Shown in pieces: positions 1 to 6,361 of a DNA stretch of 34,962 bases. The notes under the pieces were generated by a model. That model saw only the letters and a list, made by a program, of their open reading frames with translations, was not told where the DNA came from and searched no databases. Numbering within the stretch: the stretch's first letter is position 1; the number at the start of each line of letters is the position of its first letter. The stretch is taken from NCBI GenBank assembly GCA_044233365.1, contig JBIIKE010000002.1, positions 1-34,962 of the forward strand, written 5' to 3'. The stretch comes from Bdellovibrionales bacterium (GTDB lineage: Bacteria; Patescibacteriota; Patescibacteriia; UBA9570; XYC2-FULL-38-9). The translations under genes were made by a program, and so were the position numbers.

Positions 1-2
1 AT

Positions 3-1100
3 GCGGATCCTATGCTGCTGACCATTCTCGCCATTTTGATTGTTTTTGGCTTGGTCATGCTCAGTTCAGCTGGTGCAGTTAAGTCATATCAGGATTTTGA
101 TGATGCGTATTATTTGGTGAAGCATCAATTGCTCAATGGGGTGCTCATCGGTGGTATCGCATTTTACATCATGAGTCATATTGATTATCACTACTGGCGC
201 AAATATGCTTTTCCGATTGCAGTTGGGACGTTGTTATTATTGTTCGCAGTTTTTTTGCCTGGCTTAGGTGAAGCGCGGCTTGGTGCTAAACGCTGGATTG
301 AAATTGGCGGCTTTGATTTTCAGCCGTCTGAAATTGTGAAGCTGACTTTTTTGATTTATTTGTCCGCGTGGCTGGAAAAACATAATAAACGGATTCATGA
401 TCCGGCGTATGGACTTGCATCATTTGTTTTTATGTTGCTGGGATTAGTTTTGTTGATTGCTGTTGGACAAAAAGATTTAGGAACCATGATTGTTATTGGT
501 GTGATTGCCGTCGTTGTGTATTTTGTTGGTGGCGCGCCAATGAAACATTTAGCATTGATTGCAGCTGGCGCGGTTGGTGGATTTTTATTTTTAGTATTGA
601 TTCCGGCATTCCGCTATCGCTTGAATCGCATTCTCGTATTTTTGAATCCAGACACGGTTGATAAAATGGGCGTTGGTCATCATGTGCATCAAGCGCTCAT
701 TGCAATTGGATCAGGCGGGATTTTTGGACTCGGCTTTGGCCACTCGCGCCAGAAATATAATTATTTACCAGAAGTCCATACCGATTCGATTTACGCGATC
801 ATTTCTGAAGAACTTGGTTTCTTTTTTGCAATCGGAATTATTTTTCTGTTCACGATTTTTACGATTCGCGCCTTGAAAATTGCATCGAAAGCGCCGGACC
901 AGTTTGGTAAATTATTGGCGGTTGGGATCGCAACCTGGATCGGTTTCCAGGCTGTAGTGAATATTGCTGCGATGTTGTCGCTCTTGCCACTGACCGGTAT
1001 TCCATTGCCATTTATTAGTTATGGCAGCTCATCGATGATCATGTTACTTGCATCTGTGGGAATTCTTGTTAATATATCGCGTCAGACGAAATTGAAATAA
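3..1100 (+). CDS. ftsW: FtsW/RodA/SpoVE (SEDS) family cell-division protein, 5-prime partial (frame is open to the window edge)
   Basis: The product is a multi-pass membrane protein. The DPMLLTILAILIVFGLVMLSSAG start matches the conserved SEDS N-terminal TM1 region, so the true start is probably upstream of the window. The C-terminal LPLTGIPLPFISYGSSS motif is typical of SEDS proteins. It lies directly upstream of murG. Confidence 0.85.
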   Translation, partial: ADPMLLTILAILIVFGLVMLSSAGAVKSYQDFDDAYYLVKHQLLNGVLIGGIAFYIMSHIDYHYWRKYAFPIAVGTLLLLFAVFLPGLGEARLGAKRWIEIGGFDFQPSEIVKLTFLIYLSAWLEKHNKRIHDPAYGLASFVFMLLGLVLLIAVGQKDLGTMIVIGVIAVVVYFVGGAPMKHLALIAAGAVGGFLFLVLIPAFRYRLNRILVFLNPDTVDKMGVGHHVHQALIAIGSGGIFGLGFGHSRQKYNYLPEVHTDSIYAIISEELGFFFAIGIIFLFTIFTIRALKIASKAPDQFGKLLAVGIATWIGFQAVVNIAAMLSLLPLTGIPLPFISYGSSSMIMLLASVGILVNISRQTKLK

Positions 1101-1102
1101 TT

Positions 1103-2146
1103 ATGAAAGTATTACTCGCCGGTGGAGGGACAATGGGATCAGTCGCGCCGTTACTGGCCGTGGTTCCGGAATTACAAAAGCGGGGACAGACGGTTGTATT
1201 TGTTGGGACGGTTGGTGGTCCGGAAAAAGAGGTTGTTGAAGCCATGGGCATTCAGTTTTTTGCGCTGCGCGCGGCGAAGTTGCGACGGTATTTCACTGCA
1301 CGACATCTGTTGGTGCCGTTTGAGTTTGTGTTTTCGTTATGGCAGGCGCTGCGCGTGCTCAAAGCAGAAAAACCAGACGTGATTGTCAGTGCTGGCGGCT
1401 TTATTGCTGTGCCAGTGATTTTGGTTGGACGTTTGCTTGGGATTCCGAGTGTGATTCATCAGCAAGATGTTCGGCCGACGCTGAGCAATGTGGTGTGCGC
1501 GCGCTGGGCGAAAGTGATTACCACGACCTTTGAAGAATCAGTGTCGCACTTTGAAAAATTTGCGTCTGCACGGTGCACTGTTGAATGGATTGGTAATCCG
1601 GTGCGTGACTTGAGCGTCACGACCCAAACGATTGAAAAAAATCTTGACGCGTCTGTACCAACGGTGCTTCTGATGGGCGGTGGAACCGGTGCAACGGGGA
1701 TCAATGAACTCGTTGACCAATCATTGTGCGATATTGCAAATGTCATTCATGTGACAGGCAAAGGCAAGCGCAGTGAAGTGGTCAATCATCCACGCTACCA
1801 TGCATATGAATTCTTGAATGCGGAATTATTTGAAGCGCTCGCTCTCGCGACCGTCGTTGTGTCACGTTGCGGACTGTCGTCGCTTACAGAATTGGCAGCT
1901 TTGCGCAAGCCGGCGATTTTTATTCCAATGCCAGACAGCCACCAAAATGATAATGCAGCCCTGATTCAAAAATACAATGCAGGGATTGTGTTACCGCAGT
2001 CGTCATTGACACCAGCGTCATTAACATCGCAAGTTAAAATATTGTTAGATGATGCAGATTTTTGTGAAGCTATCGGCAGTCATTTGCATCAGCTGATGAA
2101 GTTACATGCAAACAAAAAATTTGTAGAATTGATTGAAAGCGTATAA
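1103..2146 (+). CDS. murG: Undecaprenyldiphospho-muramoylpentapeptide beta-N-acetylglucosaminyltransferase MurG
   Basis: It has the N-terminal G-loop MKVLLAGGGTMGSVAPLLAV, 347 aa of GT28-like length, and sits in ftsW-murG-murC synteny. The ATG is 2 nt after the ftsW stop. Confidence 0.9.
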   Translation: MKVLLAGGGTMGSVAPLLAVVPELQKRGQTVVFVGTVGGPEKEVVEAMGIQFFALRAAKLRRYFTARHLLVPFEFVFSLWQALRVLKAEKPDVIVSAGGFIAVPVILVGRLLGIPSVIHQQDVRPTLSNVVCARWAKVITTTFEESVSHFEKFASARCTVEWIGNPVRDLSVTTQTIEKNLDASVPTVLLMGGGTGATGINELVDQSLCDIANVIHVTGKGKRSEVVNHPRYHAYEFLNAELFEALALATVVVSRCGLSSLTELAALRKPAIFIPMPDSHQNDNAALIQKYNAGIVLPQSSLTPASLTSQVKILLDDADFCEAIGSHLHQLMKLHANKKFVELIESV

Positions 2147-2150
2147 GAGT

Positions 2151-3551
2151 ATGACAAAAAATATTTTAGATAGCGCACAAAAAATCTATTGTATCGGCAT
2201 CGGTGGCATTGGCGTATCAGCGCTTGCGCAATTGTTGCAGGCAGATGGCAAGCAAGTCAGCGGTGAGGATTTGACGGCGAGTAGTGTCACTGAGATGTTG
2301 CAAACAAAGGGGATTGCGGTTGCAATTGATTCGCGGGGTGAGGCTTTGGAATCCGCTGATTGCATTGTCTATAGTAGCGCTGTTCCAGAAAATCATCCGG
2401 CGCGGTCGATTGCTCGTGAAAAAGGAATTCTTGAGCTGCAATATTTTGATGCGTTAGGGCAGTACATGCAGCAATTTGAAACTGCGATTGCGGTCAGCGG
2501 AACACATGGAAAAACCACAACCACGGCGCTGATTGCGAATCTGCTTGTCGATGCTGGTTTTGATCCAACCGCAGTTGTGGGAAGTATCGTCAAAGAATTT
2601 GGTGACACCAATGCGCGCGCGGGTGGAGCAGACAAAAAATATATTGTTGTCGAAGCCTGCGAACATGAAGCGCACATGCTGAAACTGCACCCGACAATGA
2701 TCGTCGTGACAAACATCGAGGCCGACCATTTGGATTACTATCGTGACCTTCAGCACATCACCGACACCTTTCAAGAATTTGTGAATCAGTTGCAGTCGCG
2801 GCCAGCGCAGGCGGTGGAACCGACTCTTATTGTGAATGCTGACGACCCGCGCGCCAAAGACTTAGAATTCGAAGGCAAGCGTATCTCTTTCGGAATTGAA
2901 GCAGTCGCAGATCTTCAGGCACTGAATATTGGTGTTGAAGCGGGTAGACAGTTTTTTACTGTGCATAATCATGACTATCTCCTGCATATTCCGGGCCAGT
3001 TTAATATTAATAATAGCCTCGCTGCAATTGCAGTAGGTAGGCAGCTTGGGATTTCTGAGGCGACAATTGCGGCGTCGCTCAAAAAATTTCATGGCACCTG
3101 GCGTCGCTTTCAAAAACTCGGTGAATTTCAGGGCGCGACTGTGATTTCAGATTACGCGCATCATCCAACTGCTGTTCGTGCAACAATTCGTGCAGCCAAA
3201 GAATTTTTTCCAAAGCGACGGATTGTTGCCGTCTTTCAACCACATCAACGTGCGCGCACCAAAGAGCTATTCAGCGATTTTTTAAATGCCTTTGTTGAAG
3301 CGGGCGTTGTGATTGTCCAAGAAATTTATGATGTGGCTGGTCGGGAAGAATCTGAATATGCGAATGTATCTTCGCAGCACATTGTTGATGCGCTCAAAGA
3401 TATTGAGGGACAAGTTGCGGTGTTCACGCTGACCGCTGCTAAAACCCGCATGACGCTCGAAGAAATTGTTCAAGATGGCGACGTCGTGTTGGTGATGGGC
3501 GCTGGTGATATTTATCGGCTTGCCGAAGAGCTTGCTCAGAAAGAGTCTTGA
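2151..3551 (+). CDS. murC: UDP-N-acetylmuramate--L-alanine ligase MurC
   Basis: It has the Rossmann-like IYCIGIGGIGVSALAQLL segment, the Mur ligase P-loop GTHGKTTTT and DYAHHP near the C-domain. I prefer ATG 2151 (4 nt after the murG stop) over the TTG at 2133 used by the track. Confidence 0.9.
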   Translation: MTKNILDSAQKIYCIGIGGIGVSALAQLLQADGKQVSGEDLTASSVTEMLQTKGIAVAIDSRGEALESADCIVYSSAVPENHPARSIAREKGILELQYFDALGQYMQQFETAIAVSGTHGKTTTTALIANLLVDAGFDPTAVVGSIVKEFGDTNARAGGADKKYIVVEACEHEAHMLKLHPTMIVVTNIEADHLDYYRDLQHITDTFQEFVNQLQSRPAQAVEPTLIVNADDPRAKDLEFEGKRISFGIEAVADLQALNIGVEAGRQFFTVHNHDYLLHIPGQFNINNSLAAIAVGRQLGISEATIAASLKKFHGTWRRFQKLGEFQGATVISDYAHHPTAVRATIRAAKEFFPKRRIVAVFQPHQRARTKELFSDFLNAFVEAGVVIVQEIYDVAGREESEYANVSSQHIVDALKDIEGQVAVFTLTAAKTRMTLEEIVQDGDVVLVMGAGDIYRLAEELAQKES

Positions 3552-3582
3552 TGTTAGAGTGTTCGCTTCAATAATAATTGTT

Positions 3583-4464
3583 ATGAATATCCCAAATTTG
3601 CAAGAAAACGTTCCGCTCGCACCATACACCACCTTTAAAATCGGTGGCCCAGCAAAATATTTTATTGTTGCAAAAACTTCTGATGAAATGGTGCAGGCAG
3701 TGAAAGAAGCGACAACTGCAAATATTCAGTGGATTGTGCTGGGCGGCGGATCTGACGTGTTAGTGTCTGACAAGGGATTTGATGGTCTCGTTATTAAATC
3801 TGAATTGCGTGAGGTTGTGATGAATGAAGAAACCGCCGAAGTGAGGGTCGGCAGTGGCGTTTTGCTTTCTGCCTTGATTCCTAAAACCATGAATGCAGGA
3901 TTCGCGGGATTGGAGTATGCGATTGGTGTGCCAGCGACAGTCGGTGGTGCGGTCTGGGCAAATCTTGGTGCGCGTGGGTCTGATATTGCGCAGTGGCTGA
4001 CAAATGTGACAGTGCTCACTCCAGAGGGTGAGAAAAAAAATCTGACCAACGAAGATTGTGCATTTGCCTATCGCGATTCAATTTTCAAACACGAAAAATT
4101 TATTATTGTCGACGCGACGTTCCAATTAACAAAAACTGACAAAAAAGTCACGTTCGCAAAAATGAAAGAACTGGCAGATCTGCGCAAAGACACGCAAGAC
4201 GTTGGGGCAAAATGTGTTGGTTGTGTGTTTCAAAACCCGACTGATCAAACAACTGAAGCAGCAGCAAAACTGATTGACGATCTTGGGCTGAAAGGCAAGC
4301 AAATCGGTGGCGCCAAGGTTTCAGACATTCACGCAAATTTTATTATCAACACCGGCGACGCGACTGCCGATGATGTTGTGCAATTGATTTCATATATCAA
4401 ACAACAGGTCCGTGATAAAAATGGTATTCAACTCCATGAGGAAATTGAGTATATTGGGTTTTAA
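3583..4464 (+). CDS. murB: UDP-N-acetylenolpyruvoylglucosamine reductase MurB
   Basis: It has the N-terminal LAPYTTFKIGGPAKYF FAD-binding signature, GGGSDVLV, and the C-terminal GGAKVSDIHANFIIN motif. ATG 3583 is chosen because the track start at 3505 overlaps murC and adds non-homologous residues. Confidence 0.9.
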   Translation: MNIPNLQENVPLAPYTTFKIGGPAKYFIVAKTSDEMVQAVKEATTANIQWIVLGGGSDVLVSDKGFDGLVIKSELREVVMNEETAEVRVGSGVLLSALIPKTMNAGFAGLEYAIGVPATVGGAVWANLGARGSDIAQWLTNVTVLTPEGEKKNLTNEDCAFAYRDSIFKHEKFIIVDATFQLTKTDKKVTFAKMKELADLRKDTQDVGAKCVGCVFQNPTDQTTEAAAKLIDDLGLKGKQIGGAKVSDIHANFIINTGDATADDVVQLISYIKQQVRDKNGIQLHEEIEYIGF

Positions 4465-4504
4465 AATTCCACTTCTTCTGCGTACCAACCACAGCGGTTG
4501 ATAT

Positions 4505-4558
4505 CCAAAAGAGGGGGGTTGGGACGGTGAACTCGCGAATGTGCAAGCCTACCGCCCC
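4505..4558 (-). terminator. Candidate intrinsic terminator of the minus-strand small ORF
   Basis: On the minus strand, GGGGCGGT (4558..4551) pairs with ACCGTCCC (4528..4521), including one G-U pair. An inner hairpin CTTGC-ACATTC-GCGAG sits inside that stem. The structure is followed by AACCCCCCTCTTTTGG and begins 6 nt after the TGA stop. The T-run is short. Confidence 0.3.
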
Positions 4559-4564
4559 GGATGA

Positions 4565-4792
4565 TCACGCGGCGACGGCCTCGGGGGCCATTCTGCCGAC
4601 GACCTCAACCATCGGGTTGTCGTGACAGAACGAGGCCCTGATCAAGGGCTCGAACTGCTTGTGAGAACCGTCTGGTTGACGGATAACTCGCAGTGCCGTC
4701 ATCTGGAGATCAACACAGGTCCAAAGGCAGCCGTCATTGGCCCCCTGAACCTGAAATACCTCGCCTGCCGTTATGAAGCCAAAACGCTTCAT
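4565..4792 (-). CDS. Hypothetical 75-aa protein encoded in a GC-rich island (no family recognised)
   Basis: GGAGGA precedes the ATG (GGAGGATCCATG). By hand count 52 of 75 codons end in G/C, unlike the A/T-ending preference of neighbouring genes. The amino-acid composition is protein-like. A host-type promoter lies upstream and a stem-loop lies downstream. Confidence 0.45.
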   Translation of the reverse strand: MKRFGFITAGEVFQVQGANDGCLWTCVDLQMTALRVIRQPDGSHKQFEPLIRASFCHDNPMVEVVGRMAPEAVAA

Positions 4793-4843
4793 GGATCCTC
4801 CAATCGAAAATCGGACAGCATGATTGCCGCCGAAAGTGGCGAC

Positions 4844-4872
4844 TTTTTACCATAAAAAAGCGGTTTTGTCAA
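4844..4872 (-). promoter_or_regulatory. Candidate sigma70-type promoter with extended -10 driving the small minus-strand ORF
   Basis: The minus strand reads TTGACA-aaaccgcttttttaTGg-TAAAAA with a 17-nt spacer. The same architecture (TTGACAAA..ATGGTAAAAA) recurs at 28971-28999. Confidence 0.4.
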
Positions 4873-4894
4873 ACACAGCGCGTTGCGGTATACT
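4866..4894 (+). promoter_or_regulatory. Candidate sigma70 promoter of hpf
   Basis: TTGTCA (4866-4871), a 17-nt spacer, then TATACT (4889-4894), about 34 nt upstream of the hpf ATG. Confidence 0.55.
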
Positions 4895-4927
4895 GAACAC
4901 ATCCTCTAACAAATACACATAAATGAT

Positions 4928-5287
4928 ATGAACATCACAGCAAAGAATTTTGAACCGACAGACGCGATCAAACAATACATCGAAAAAAAATTCACCACCG
5001 CGCTTGAAGATCTGAATGGTGATGCGACGCATATCGATATTGAAGTCGACCGCCAAACGAAACACCAAAAAGGTGACGTCTTTCATGTGCGCGGTCATGT
5101 CCAAGTGACGCACGGTGATCTCTATGCCGAAGAAACGCAGGCTGATCTCTACGCCGCGATTGATATTTGCTGCGATGAATTACAACGACAAGTGCGAGAT
5201 CGTAAAGGCAAGCGTCAAGCTAAAGAGCGCAAAGGTCGTAAAACTCGCCGCGCGCTTAAATCATTTTTTGGTTTTGGAAAAGATTAA
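4928..5287 (+). CDS. hpf: Ribosome hibernation promoting factor / RaiA (sigma-54 modulation protein family), short form
   Basis: MNITAKNFEPTDAIKQYIEKKF and LYAAIDICCDELQRQVRDRKGK are typical of the HPF/YfiA fold. It is 119 aa with a basic tail and sits in the classical position upstream of secA. Confidence 0.85.
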   Translation: MNITAKNFEPTDAIKQYIEKKFTTALEDLNGDATHIDIEVDRQTKHQKGDVFHVRGHVQVTHGDLYAEETQADLYAAIDICCDELQRQVRDRKGKRQAKERKGRKTRRALKSFFGFGKD

Positions 5288-5297
5288 TTTTGTGAAC

Positions 5298-6341
5298 ATG
5301 AAAGAGGAGTGTCAATTAACCGCTGACGATTGCAATCGAATCAAAGTTGAATTGATGTCGGCGCTGTCAGGCCTTTTTGTCTATGCTGATACCGTGTCAC
5401 TGACCGCGGCCAACCAACTCTTGCGCACAAACGTTGATCCAAAGATCTACAACACTGTCGCGCGCCTTAATCGTTATATTGATAAAAATCCAAAACGGAT
5501 TCGTTTGCTCGCCGAAAAATTGGGCTATAGCGATTGGTTTTCTGAAGAAGCGCAATCAATTGTCGCGCCGGTTATCGACATCTATCAACATAGTTCGCAC
5601 TACAATTTTGATACTGCTGATATTACTCGACATGATCTCGCGCAGTGTTATCTTGAGCTTCTGTCCATTGCCGCGCTCTATGATGATCAACTCCTTAAAG
5701 ATTTTGCTACTGCGGTTTTTTCAATCCTGACACACGAATATATTCATTCCAACACGCAAGCCTTTCATCATCATCTCGGCGCGGAACAGCGCACGATACA
5801 ACAATTACAAGAAGCTGTGCATCGTTTAGCGCGGCATGATGCTCGGTTACAGTATTCGCCACACATTCGAGGACATGAGCATGACGACATTATTGAACCA
5901 ATTCATGCGCACATTCACCATAATAATGCACTCGCAGCATTGCGTATCCCACTCGCCATCACGCTGCACGACGCACTGATAGATTCCTATTCCATCGCGT
6001 ATGGCGATCCGCAGTTCGTGCAACGTCACACGATTCATGATCGCGTGCATTTGCCACTTGAGCAAATACGCGGTACTGGTCTGGCTATGCACGTCCTTTT
6101 TGACCCCGAAACCAGCAGCGACCCTCTGCAATTTTTTCTCAACACTGACCTCCTCGACGCAATTCGCGACAATGGCTCAGCTGTCGGCGCGGTGATTGGA
6201 GTGCATGGTGACATTCAACTCCATCCAGAATACCTGAATGAACGTCACCACGAGCAGCCCATTGCACGCGTGCGTGTCAACCATGCTATTTTAGAGATTC
6301 AAAAACTACATCCTGACAGTGAGTTGACGCTTTTCGTCTGA
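5298..6341 (+). CDS. Hypothetical His-rich protein with an HEXXH motif (possible zinc metallohydrolase)
   Basis: This is a long uninterrupted ORF. I prefer ATG 5298 (10 nt after the hpf stop) over the track start at 5115, which overlaps hpf out of frame. It contains ILTHEYIHS (HEXXH) and many His clusters (FHHHLG, HEHDDIIEPIHAHIHHNN). I recognise no family. Confidence 0.7.
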   Translation: MKEECQLTADDCNRIKVELMSALSGLFVYADTVSLTAANQLLRTNVDPKIYNTVARLNRYIDKNPKRIRLLAEKLGYSDWFSEEAQSIVAPVIDIYQHSSHYNFDTADITRHDLAQCYLELLSIAALYDDQLLKDFATAVFSILTHEYIHSNTQAFHHHLGAEQRTIQQLQEAVHRLARHDARLQYSPHIRGHEHDDIIEPIHAHIHHNNALAALRIPLAITLHDALIDSYSIAYGDPQFVQRHTIHDRVHLPLEQIRGTGLAMHVLFDPETSSDPLQFFLNTDLLDAIRDNGSAVGAVIGVHGDIQLHPEYLNERHHEQPIARVRVNHAILEIQKLHPDSELTLFV

Positions 6342-6352
6342 CAACATAGAGT
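6324..6352 (+). promoter_or_regulatory. Candidate promoter of secA
   Basis: TTGACG (6324-6329), a 17-nt spacer, then TAGAGT (6347-6352). The -10 ends 9 nt before the secA ATG, which implies a very short leader. Confidence 0.35.
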
Positions 6353-6361
6353 ATTGAGACT

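Noticed and set aside
4716-4732. An SRP-RNA-like string, CAGGTCCAAAGGCAGCC, in the GC-rich island.
   Set aside because: It only superficially resembles the domain IV consensus (CAGGUCCGGAAGGAAGCAGCC). The GNRA tetraloop and its closing stem are missing, and there is no long complementary 3-prime strand. The region also shows codon-position GC bias on the opposite strand.
4793-4798. A GGATCC (BamHI) site fused to the start codon (GGAGGATCCATG) as a sign of an engineered cassette. A second GGATCC lies at 5-10.
   Set aside because: A 6-bp site is expected by chance several times in 35 kb, and I recognise no vector, tag or polylinker sequence around it. I keep it only as a reason to verify the assembly by read mapping.
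4465-4865. tRNA, tmRNA or RNase P RNA in the GC-rich island.
   Set aside because: There is no T-loop (GGTTCGAATCC-like) with a flanking stem and no CCA-adjacent acceptor pairing. There is no GGAAAGTCC or ACAGAACCCGGCTTA-type P4 strand. Only a partial ACAGAAC occurs at 4625-4631, with no partner.
5115-5297. An N-terminal extension of the 408-aa track ORF that overlaps hpf.
   Set aside because: It overlaps hpf out of frame for about 170 nt. An ATG at 5298 sits 10 nt after the hpf stop and yields a sensible 347-aa product. The extension has arbitrary basic composition.
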